Shown piece by piece: positions 9,321 through 19,910 of a stretch of DNA of 64,000 bases. Made by a program: the position numbers and the translations under genes. The notes under the pieces were generated by a model, which was given only the letters and a program-made list of their open reading frames with translations, ran no database searches and was not told the DNA's origin. How positions within the stretch are numbered: position 1 is the first letter of the stretch; every line of letters starts with the position of its first letter. Source of the DNA: Phyllobates terribilis (Eukaryota); NCBI RefSeq assembly GCF_046119375.1, contig NW_027362762.1, positions 194,742,001 through 194,806,000 of the forward strand, written 5' to 3'.

Positions 9321-10378
9321 GAAATCTGAAATAATAGGCTGATTTCAGGGGGATGGAGTCCATATAGGATCAGTTACTGAAGGGGTTGCCTTGGTCCTAG
9401 GTGCATTGCTGGGGGTCCCTCCTCACTAGATGAGGAGGAGGATGATGAAGAAAAAAAAGAGGAATGTGGGATCTTCCTCACTGCCTGTATCTGTGTCAGA
9501 GGCAAGGAAAGCGTATGCCTCCTCTGCTGAATAATGTCTCCTTTACGAATAGGCTATTTTTATTTTATTCTTCTAACCAGTGGGGATGCGTGTGCAAGTG
9601 GAGGTTTTACATGTGTATTGTGTGGGGCGTGTGTAAAAAGTACTATTTATTATTAAATTTACTATAAAAAAAGCAGAGTAAACAAAGTAGAGAAAAAAAG
9701 GTAGAGAAAAAACAGTAAAAAGTAGAGAAAAAACATAAAAAACAGGAAAATTTTAGAAGAAACACTTAGAAGAAAAAAAATGAAAAGAAAAATCAGTAGA
9801 AATAAAAAAAGTTTGTATAAAAAAATTACAGTGACCTTTACTGCACTAATGCCCTATCTATAAAGCTACTCTGCGCTAACTATCTTTTTTCTGCAACTGA
9901 AAGACGGACATCACTAACACTGCAACATACGCTCCCCTAATGTGCTAGCTATAAAGTTACTCAGCGCTAACAAGCGATTTGGGAACTGCTGCTGTGATCA
10001 CAGATCGGTCATACAGACAGCACACAGCATAGCACGGCACAGGAGATGCAGGAGACAGATCGTAGAGAGCAAGGGTGTAACCACCACGGTGGCAGAGGTC
10101 CGAGCCCGTGAGGGGCCTGCCGTAGCCCAAACAAACTCCAACTGAATGTGTGTCCTCAGACGCACATTCAGCTGAAGTGTATTGTGGTGCACAGACCCGT
10201 CTGGCCCGTGCGTGGCAATACACGCTTCCGGCCAATCAGAGGCCAGCAGCTGACGTTGGCATGCACGTGACCAGGAGCACATGGCAGTGACGTCAGCTGC
10301 CGGCTTCAGAAGAGGACACACGGGGCATGGGAGTGGATGGAAGGTGAGTATAATTGTTTATTTATTTCTATGCATTAA

Positions 10379-10765
10379 AGCACACCTGTCAGCAGGATTG
10401 TGCTGAGTAAACTACATAAACTGTCAGGTGGGCGACATTACACTGATTAAAATGATACCTGCCTCCTATTTTACCTAGCCCCACACTACTAAATGCATTA
10501 TGTAAAATAGGAGGCAGGTCAGTGAAGGCACAGTGAGCTATCATAAGAGCATACAGATGAATATGTAAGCAGAGCACTAGATAGAGCGCCCCCCATAGTC
10601 CTGCTCCGAAGCACGAGCATATCATTATCTCCAAACTGAAAGTAAAGATTACACAAGAACCACAGGACGGATTTTATCAACCAAGGTAACATTTTAATCA
10701 GTGTAATGTCACCCACCTGACAGTGTATGTATTTTACTGAGCACAATCTTGCTGACAGGTGAGCT
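10379..10765. mobile_element. Kolobok/T2-type MITE with approximately 80-bp TIRs and TTAA target duplication
   Basis: TTAA-AGCACACCTGTCAGCAGGATTGTGC...GCACAATCTTGCTGACAGGTGAGCT-TTAA; a second copy lies at 33291-33579. Confidence 0.85.
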
Positions 10766-10789
10766 TTAAAGAACAGCGGCAGAATAGGG

Positions 10790-11160
10790 GACATATACCA
10801 GGATGGGGGATATATATACCAGGATGGGGCCCAGGATAAGGGATATATATACCAGCATGGGGGATATATATACCAGGAATGGAAATATATATACCAGGAT
10901 AGGCGATATATATACCAGAAAGGGGCCCAGGATAAGGGACATATATAACAGCATGGGGGATATATGTACCAGGGCGGGGAACATACATACCAGGATGGGG
11001 GATATATATACCAGGATGAGGCTCAGGATAAAGGACATATACCAGGATGGGGGATATATGTACAAGGAAGGGGAATATATATACCAGGATGGGGCCAGGA
11101 TGAGGGAGATAAATATATGCCAGGATGGGGGGCATATATATATATACCAGGATGGGGGAG
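10790..11160. repeat. Minisatellite, about 21-22-bp unit (ATATACCAGGATGGGGG-type)
   Basis: Repeated ATATACCAGGATGGGG with periodic GGCCCAGGATAAGG variants. Confidence 0.9.
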
Positions 11161-11816
11161 CCTCAGTCAAAATGTTCACCGGGGCCCATCAGACTCTAGT
11201 TACACCACTGATAGGAGAATCACCAATTTTTTTTTCTCTCAGGAATGCCGAGGATCTACACAACTGCTCTGCATGCCAGATCTGAGGAAAATATGGCATG
11301 CAGAGCGGCAATCATTGTTTTGAATCAACCCTTTTGGCACTGATTGGTCAGTAACTATTGTTCAGCCTATCAGCCAAAAGCATTAATAAACAGAGGTGAC
11401 GTCGCGATCACCTCATCCTTTTTGACTGCTATGATTGCTGCTGTCAGACAGCACCAATCACAGTGTGTCACATTATTATTTCTTTTTTACTTTATTGTCA
11501 AATCGCTGTTATTGGCTGGTCAGAATACCGCCGACACGGGAGGCGGTACAGCGTGGTAACCGGAAGTAGCGGCGCCTTACATGTACGGCGGCTTGTGGAA
11601 ACGCAGTTCCGGCAGTGCTGCATATGTACAACGGATGTCATGAAGGGGTTAAAGAAAATCCACATCAGAAATCCCTATGCTTAACTGCAGATTTGTTATG
11701 CATATTTTACTCTGGGTTTGGTGGAGATTTTATCAATTATATTTCAACAGATAAAGTCCACAAGGAAACCATGCTAAAAAGGGACAAGTCTTTTCATTCT
11801 ACAATGCATTCATTAA

Positions 11817-14140
11817 CCCCTTAGTGACATATGATTAGCTGGTATGTCATTTGCTGGCACTCTGATTTTGATGTGGGCTACATCTCTGCCAGTAGATGAT
11901 GGCTTGATTATTCAGTCATCATCTGCCTCTAACAGTCATGCGTTGAGCTGAGCTCCATTTGTGGCTGTTAACTTGTTAAATGCCACTGTCAATAGATAAC
12001 AGCGGCATTTACAGCATGACGGCAGAGGGATGCGCCATTCTAACCAACCATTGGCATTCGCGCGACATGATCAAGGGGCGCCGATGGGTTGCTATGATAG
12101 CCAACGGTCTACTGAAGTCCCCTGTGTCTGTCATGAAGGTACTCCTTTTAAAGTCAACCCGTGGCTGGCATTCACAGGAGACTGTGATTTTTGCTATATA
12201 CAGCAATACTTTGGCATTGCTGTATACAGCATAAGCAATTGGATGGTCATAGGTTCAAGTCCCCTAAGGGGACCAACAAGTAGAGTGAAAAATGGTAAAA
12301 AATGTATAAAAAAATACAAAAGTTCAAATCACCCCCCCCCTCATTTTCCCCCATTAAAAATTAAGAAGTTAAAAAATTAAAAAATACACATATGTAGTAA
12401 CTGTACGTTCGGAAAATTCTGATCTAGCAAAATATAAAATAAATTAATCCGATTTTTAAATGATGTAACGAGAAAAAAATCAAAAATCAAAAATTGGGTG
12501 TTTTCAACCACCGCAACAGCAAATAAAATGTAATAAGAGGCAATCAAAAACGTTATATCTACCCCAAAATGGTATCAATATAAACATCAGCTCAGGGCAC
12601 AAAGAACAAACCAACACACAGTTTCATCTCTTGAAAATTGAAAACTTTACAACTCTCAGAAAATGGCAGCACTAGCAAATTTCTTTTTTTATAAATTCTG
12701 AATTTTTTTTCACCATTAAATAAAACAAAAACTATGCATGTTTGCTATCGCAGTAATCGTAGTGACTTGGAGAATCATATTTCCAGTTAATTTTTACCAT
12801 AAAATGAAGGTAGTAAATAAAAAAATACATAAAACAATTGTGGAATTGTACTTTTTTTCACTATTTCAATCTGCAAAAAAAAACCTCACACGGCTATATT
12901 AACAGAAAAATAATAACGTTATGGCTCTTGGAATAAGGGAAGTAGAAAACTACACTGTGTTCCAAATTATTATGCAAATAATATTTTCTCAGATTTTCCC
13001 AAATTACCTATATGAATTGCAGTCATTGTAATTTTCCAGTCAAATAACTATTAGAGTACAATTGAAAGGTTTTTGTACAAACTGCCTATGATAACAGTAT
13101 ATTTTAAAAAAAATAAAAAACTCAAACTGCACTCAAAATGCATGTTCCAAATTATTATGCACAGCAGAGTTTTCAACCTTTTCATTTTAATAAAGAACAA
13201 AAAATGGTCATTTTTGAAATTATAAGCATTAGCAGGTTATTACAAACTGAAATCAAACAGTTTTCAACTCAAAACTTTATTCTAGGTGATGTAACATTTG
13301 CACATAGGACCCCTTGTTCTAAAGGAGCTTCTGAACTCTCTCATTCATTGAATTTGTCAGGTTGTGGATGGTTTCTGCTTCAATTGTTTTGCATGAGGAC
13401 AGAATACCCTCCCAGAGCTGTTGCTTAGATGTGAACTGCCTCCCGCCATCATAGACACTCCTTTTGATGATGCTCCAGAGGTTCTCAATGTGGTTGAGGT
13501 CAGGGGAGCATGGGGGCCACACCATAAGTTTGTCCCCTTTTATGCCCATAGCAGCCAGAGATGCAGATGTGTTATGTGCAGCATGAGACGGGGCATTATC
13601 ATGATGGTGGGAGGCAGTTCACATCTAAGCAACAGCTCTGGGAGGGTATTCTGTCCTCATGCAAAACAATTAAAGCAGAAACCATCCAAAACCTGACAAA
13701 TTCAATGGACGAGAGAGTTCAGAAGCTCCTTTCGAACAAGCGGTCCTATGTGCAAATGTAACATCACCTAGAATAAAGTTTTGAGTTGAAAACTGTTTGA
13801 TTTCAGTTTGTAATAACCTGCTAATGCTTATAATTTCACAAATGACCATTTTTTTGTTCTTTATTAAAATGAAAAGGTTGAAAACTCTGCTGTGCATAAT
13901 AATGTGGAACATGCATTTTGAGTGCAGTTTGAGTTTTTTATTTTTTTAAAAATATACTATTATCATAGGCAGTTTGTACAAAAACCTTTCAATTGTACTC
14001 TAATAGTTATTTGACTGGAAAATTACAATGACTGCAATTCATATAGGTAATTTGGGAAAATCTGAGAAAATATTATTTGCATAATAATTTGGAACACAGT
14101 GTAAAGCGAAAAAACAGAAAATTGCCTAGTCAGGAAGGGG
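11817..14140. mobile_element. Non-autonomous piggyBac-type element (CCCCTT termini, TTAA TSD) carrying a nested Tc1 foldback
   Basis: TTAA-CCCCTTAGTGAC at 11813 and GTCAGGAAGGGG-TTAA at 14140-14144. Internal segments are reverse-complement related to 28382-29504 and 61564-62347. Confidence 0.8.
12953..14101. mobile_element. Tc1/mariner-derived foldback element with two approximately 500-bp inverted arms, each ending in the transposase 3' end; TA TSD
   Basis: TA-CACTGTGTTCCAAATTATTATGC...GCATAATAATTTGGAACACAGTG-TA. Arms are 12953-13452 and 13601-14101. WPPCSPDLNHIENLWSIIKR lies in the spacer (- strand); DGGRQFTSKQQLWEGI is in both arms. Confidence 0.92.
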
Positions 14141-14251
14141 TTAAATTTACAGCATGACATTCAGTGCCATTCTATTGTCACCGAAATCTTTGGCATAAAG
14201 TTTGTGACCAGGTTTCACTAGGATTCTGCCGCAAAATGCGCTACAAAATGA

Positions 14252-14622
14252 GGGTTCACTCACACTTGCATATAAATCGGTTATATAAATTGGTCCGAGT
14301 GCAATCTGATTTTTTATTGGATTGCACTAGGACCAATGTTATTCAATGAGGCAGTGCAGATCTGCGTATTTTTTTCTCAGCTGTACTCAGCAATTTGACT
14401 CCGAAATCGATACAGTGCAAGCGAAAAAAAATCTGATTTTTAAGGATGCATTACAATTGTGTAGCATAGGAAACTGTAAATGGTCCTGTAAAAGATTAGT
14501 TGCTGCTGATTAAGAAAATGGATTGTACATGAAAAGCACACGGATGACAAGTGAGAGAAAATCGTCCCACTCTCCTGGATAAGAATGGGACCGATTATTT
14601 ATAAGCAAGTGTGAGCGAACCC
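14252..14622. mobile_element. PIF/Harbinger-type MITE
   Basis: TIRs GGGTTCACTCACACTTGC / GGGTTCGCTCACACTTGC; preceded by TGA. Confidence 0.65.
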
Positions 14623-14746
14623 TTGAAGTGAAACTTGAATATTACTGCTCTATGTCTGGCACAATGCATGACACCGTTGTCATTCTAGCAGACCTAATGT
14701 GTCCTTGTCATTACATTTTATTATATAGATAATTAATTCAGTTTAA

Positions 14747-15153
14747 AGGGACTCTGTCAGCAAGTTATTGCTATCTAATCTGAGGACAGCATAATGTAGG
14801 GGCTGAGACACAGATTTCAGAGACGTGTCACTTATTAGGCTGTGCGGTTTGTTTCCATACAATAAAGGTTTTATCACCAGGAAATTATCATTGCTGGGAC
14901 TACAGTGCATGTAAACCCTGGTCTGACCACACCCCCTCCTCTGATAAGCACCTTACTGTCAACAGACAATGTACACAGAAAGCTGTGGTGTTGGCGGGGT
15001 TAGCTCTCTGTGCTCTGCTACATCTAACAACTCTGATTGTGTCACAACTGCTGCACCCCATAAACTAAGTGACACATTGCTGGAATCAGGGTCTCTTTTC
15101 CTACATTATGCTGCTCTTAGATGAGGTAGCAAAAACCTGGTAACAAATTCCCT
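14747..15153. mobile_element. Kolobok/T2-type MITE (degenerate right end)
   Basis: TTAA-AGGGACTCTGTCAGC left end and a degenerate AACAAATTCCCT right end. Confidence 0.55.
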
Positions 15154-15977
15154 GCAAGCTAATTTAAAGTTAAAAGAGTTGGCCGGCTTTATGATATTGA
15201 TATTCTATGCTTATGATATGTCATCAGTATCAGATCGAATGTGGTCCGACACCCTTCACTTTCATCAATCAGCTCCAGACAGATGTAAACAGTGTATGGA
15301 GCCATAACAGCACAGCTCCATTCACTGTGTATAGTCATCGCCAACAACTGCAGATCAGCTCCTATTCAATCCATTTAGTAATTTGGCAATGAAATTGTGC
15401 ACACACAGTGCATAGGAGGTGGCCGGGTGCAACTGTGCAAATATATGTTTTCTTTACAGAAACTGTCCACACCTGTCTGCTGCTCAGACATAAACCAACT
15501 GGATATTTTCTTTTGGTGTCTAGGAAATTGAGACATTCCCGAGTCATCTCAAACCAGTACACATACCTGTTAGATAAAAATAATTGCACTTTTATTAGAT
15601 CTTTAGTGGCTACTTCTATTAAAGTAAAGTAATATTGCAAAAGACTTATCACACACGCAGTACTTCCTGATATAAGTTGTACCTCATCATTCATTCTTTC
15701 ATGACTCTCTGTACAAACAATCACTAACTCAGCTCATAGTTCATGTGATCTTCTTACAACTTCATCCCATGATGAAACTCAATCATGTGACATTAGTGGG
15801 GTCATCCTTCCTCTTACAAATTTTATTGCATTGCATAAGAATTAAAACAAATTCCTAGGCTTGTATAATTAAAATTGCAAACCAGGAAACCATGCTAAAA
15901 TAAGTTAATGTCTATTTTGTTTCTATTGTTTTGGAACATTTACTAATATCAATTTATATAACATTGATGTTACATAC

Positions 15978-16611
15978 TGTAACGTCGGTCTGAGGCCATA
16001 AGCTCAAAAAGACTACCTTGGACAGACTTTGCGCTAGCCACTGCATCTGACAGATTCCAGAGGAACCCCAGCCTTTCCCCTTTAATACCGGTACAGGGAT
16101 TTGGTCTTACAACGGGGTCCACTGGATTGCTTTCACAGAAGGGATGCTGGCTGGAGGAGTAAACCAGAGGCGAGAGAAGTCAAGGTAGCCAGGTCAGAAG
16201 CACGAGGGCAGAAAAGGGACAAAATCAGCAGACAAAGGATGGTCAGGAAATCAGATCTTGATCAGAACCAAGAGGGCAGCAAAGGTACAAAAACAGCAGA
16301 CAAAGAATGGTTAGGAAACAGGCCACGATCAGTCAGCAGTAATTCAACAAGCAACACAGGAGCAGATAGCACAGAGCCAGAGAAGAACTTTAAATGGCAG
16401 TGATAGTCAGAGGTTTAGGGGTTTAAATAGATGACAGCCTCACAGAAATGAACCAGGACTTAAACCAATAGCTCCCAAGAGATGCACCAACAGAGACATC
16501 AATAAATCACAACCACCACCCTCCGCCCAACGTCGCTTGCAACAAAGGCGCGGCACCTCCCAGCAACGAAGTGGAAACAGAGGGGGCAGTCACTGGCCTA
16601 GATGCTGCACA
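15978..16611. mobile_element. Solo-LTR-like relic
   Basis: Starts TGTAACG, ends TGCACA, contains GGTTTAAATAG and purine-rich AGCAG repeats like the other LTRs here. No clean TSD. Confidence 0.45.
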
Positions 16612-17925
16612 TAATGGCTTAAAGTTAGGGCTCATTCATAGGCCAGAGATGTGAGCCCCTATGGCACTCATCCTGGATATCATCTTAATACATTATTATT
16701 TACAAAGAAGGCATTTTGTGGGAGAAAACAGTACATAATGCAGGCGATGACCGTCTTGCGATAACTTGCACTTCATTTGGACAGAAACTTCTTCCGAATG
16801 AAACTGACATCCAGAAGAAGAACTGTTGCTGCTCTCTGACTTCCTCCCGATATCAGCTACGTCAGAAGAAGATGAAAGTGAGTCAGCCACTGATTGGCTG
16901 CAGGACTCATGTGACAAAATAATATCATGCGAGCCCTGGAAGACCCAGAGCCATTCCGGTGACATTGGCGCAGGAACCAGAGGTGAGTACAGGATGTTAT
17001 TATTTTACACGGGGAAATATGGTAATCGAGAAGGGGTTAGGGAAAACACTTGGTCTCAAGTCAGATGATTATTCAGCCACACTCCATAAAAATTAAAGGG
17101 ACCATGGGAAAGATCGACGTACTCACATTATGCTACTTCTGTTAAATTCATTTCTATGGAGTGTGGTGGCATATGCACACCCATCTTTCCAGCTGAGAAG
17201 AGGAACTTGGGGAGAATTATTCTCCGTAACAGTGGGACTTCCTGAGGTCTGATCCTTCTCTGACATTTTCTGCTGGGGAAAGTTGTAAGGCCCCCATACA
17301 CATTTGGTGGTCGGGACAGTTCTGTTGAGATTGGCGGGTTTGGCCACTTTTATACTAAGGTGTAGGGTGGCATTAAGAAAAAAGAAAAATGTCTGCCATC
17401 AGGATGACAACTGTATCTCAAGTATGATATCTCCAGTTCTTCCAACCATTTTCATACGTTTATGATATTTTACCTTCATAAACTTGACACTTTTGTGTTA
17501 CTTCCTCTCTTAGTGCAATTTCCTGAAATGCAATTCTGAATAAGAACAGCACAGAAGTCAGGTCATGAGGTTTACACAGATGGTGTGACTATCATCCGCG
17601 TTATGTAGTTACTCTGAAGATGCCTGCGTAATCCTGTATGTGTTTCATACTTCCCCTTTTTCTATGAAATGCATGAAGCTTTCTCTTACTGCAGTCGCAG
17701 AGCAGAATTTTAAAGAGTTTTCATCTGTCTCATTTGGGTGTTTCCTATATTTACAGTACAATACAAGCTGTGAAAATAGAAAGGTTAGTTCCTCCAGCAC
17801 TGAGATAAGCTGATGACATTCACTGGCCACACAACTAGAAACTGTGATGATCAGGGAAACCAGATTAGATGGATATTGATATAAAGTACAATGTCACTTT
17901 CGGAGGACGCAGCATTAGTTCTTAA

Positions 17926-18324
17926 AGACGACCCGCCAGCTCTCATATGTCTGTTTTAATAAATACTTGCATCTGCTGTGATGTAACAATTTAGCTTAAA
18001 CTTTTCTTATAATCCTGCCTTGTGTAATTCCTCTGCTATCATTCCTGAATATCAATGTATAAATAAACAATCAAGTGTTAAAATTACCCTTGTCAAAGTG
18101 GTGCATCATTATATAGTCAACGCTGTCAGCTCCGATTGGACAATGTATAGGACACGCCCCCAACTGCTAACACCCAGTTGTCAATTTATACATAAATACC
18201 TAGGAGAAATAAAACAAGAACAGCATCAAAGCAGGGCTCTAACAAAACCAGCTACAGAATATAAGTGTTTACTAAAAAAAACTTGATCGAATCCGCATGT
18301 CTTTATCTAATACGTGAAGGGTCT
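17926..18324. mobile_element. Kolobok/T2-type MITE
   Basis: TTAA-AGACGACC...GGGTCT-TTAA boundaries. Confidence 0.55.
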
Positions 18325-18520
18325 TTAAGTTTTTACAAAGGTCAATTAGTGACACTGGACTAATAGGATCATCAAAGCTGGACATACACATTAGGGATTA
18401 GGGGTTAATGTCAAACAAATCCTCCAAATTTGGATTGAACAGCCGACCATCTAATATGTTTAAGGGGCTTTTGACGCTGTTAACTGTATCAGCATGCATA
18501 GGACGCTGATACAGTTAAAT

Positions 18521-18600
18521 CAGGGATGTCAAACTAAAACACACAGAGGGCCAAAATGAAAAACTTGTATAAAGTCGCGGATCAACCAGTATTCAGTATA
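18521..18600 (+). mobile_element. hAT-type MITE left end leading into the minisatellite
   Basis: CAGGGATGTCAAACT terminus followed by GAGGGCCAAAATG; the right end was not confidently found. Confidence 0.5.
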
Positions 18601-19910
18601 ATGGGCCCCACATAGTCGTCCATACAGTATAATGGGCCCCACATACTCCTCCATACAGAAAAATGGGCCCTTCATAGTTCTCCATACAGTATAATGGGCC
18701 CCACATAGTCCTCCATACAGAATAATGGGCCCCACATATTCCTCCATATAGTATAATGGGCCCCACATACTCCTCCATACAGAATAATGGGCCCCACATA
18801 GTCCTCCATACAGAATAATGGGTCCCACATATTCCTCCATATAGAATAATGGGACCCACATATTCCTCCATACAGTATAATGGGCCCCACATACTCCTCC
18901 ATACAGAATAATGGGACCCACATATTCCTCCATACAGTATAATGGGCCCCACATACTCCTCCATACAGAATAATGGGCCCCACATAGTCCTCCATACAGA
19001 ATAATGGCCCCACATAGTCCTCCATACAGAATAATGGGCCCCACATAGTCCTCCATACAGAATAATGGGCCCCACATATTCCTCCATACAGTATAATGGC
19101 CTCACATAGTCCTCCATACAGAATAATGGGCCCCACATATTCCTCCATACAGTATAATGGCCCAACATACTCCTCCATACAGAAGAATGGGCCCCACATA
19201 GTCCTCCATACAAAATAACGGGCCCCACTTAGTCCTCCATACAGAATAATGGGCCCCACATAGTCCTCCATACAGAATAATGGGCCCCACATAGTCCTCC
19301 ATACAGAATAATGGGCCCCACATATTCCTCCATACAGTATAATGGCCTCACATAGTCCTCCATACAGAATAATGGGCCCCACATACTCCTCCATACAGAA
19401 GAATGGGCCCCACATAGTCCTCCATACAAAATAACGGGCCCCACTTAGTCCTCCATACAGAATAATGGGCCCCACATATTCCTCCATACAGTATAATGGC
19501 CTCACATATTCCTCCATACAGTATAATGGGCCCCACATACTCCTCCATACAAAATAACGGGCCCCACTTAGTCCTCCATACAGAATAATGGGCCCCACAT
19601 AGTCCTCCATACAGAATAATGGGCCTCACACAGTCCTCCATTTAATATAATGGGCCCCGCATAGTCTTCCATACAGAATAATGGGCCCCACATAGTCCTC
19701 CATACAGAATAATGGGCCTCACACAGTCCTCCATTTAATATAATGGGCCCCGCATAGTCCTCCATACAGAATAATGGGCCTCACATAGTCCTCCATACAG
19801 AATAATGGGCCCCACATAGTCCTCCATACAGAATAATGGGCCTCACACAGTCCTCCATTTAATATAATGGGCCCCGCATAGTCCTCCATACAGAATAATG
19901 ACCCCACATA
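18595..19910. repeat. Minisatellite, about 31-32-bp unit (CCCACATAGTCCTCCATACAGAATAATGGGC), about 40 copies
   Basis: Direct reading of the tandem units; produces the low-complexity ORFs 18529-19907. Confidence 0.95.

Larger units (their letters stand above)
6779..9557 (-). pseudogene. piggyBac (PGBD4-like) transposase pseudogene, split by a CR1 insertion (7191-9108) and cut by an LTR at 6778
   Basis: Minus-strand fragments read YSAEEAYAFLASDTD, GSSGIQFDATGLTDIDFFKFFF, WTSINAAEIMTFWGIVML|NMGIVK, YWSSDILYRTPVF, KDICKDESLVHFKGRLKF*QYLPSKKTRYGIKLYK. Frameshifts and a premature TGA are present. Confidence 0.88.
6779..11648 (-). mobile_element. piggyBac DNA transposon (host of the nest); probable 5' terminus at 11648
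   Basis: The minus strand reads TTAA-CCCCTTCATGAC at 11652-11637, upstream of and co-oriented with the transposase remnant. Linking this terminus to the transposase is inferred from position. Confidence 0.6.

Noticed and set aside
10734-11323. Overlapping ORFs on both strands (GDIYTRMG / YIPHPG repeats)
   Set aside because: Minisatellite translation artefacts.
18529-19907. Several 180-312-aa minus-strand ORFs (MEDYVGPIILYGG repeats)
   Set aside because: All three frames are open because the minisatellite unit lacks stops; there are no splice signals or protein motifs.
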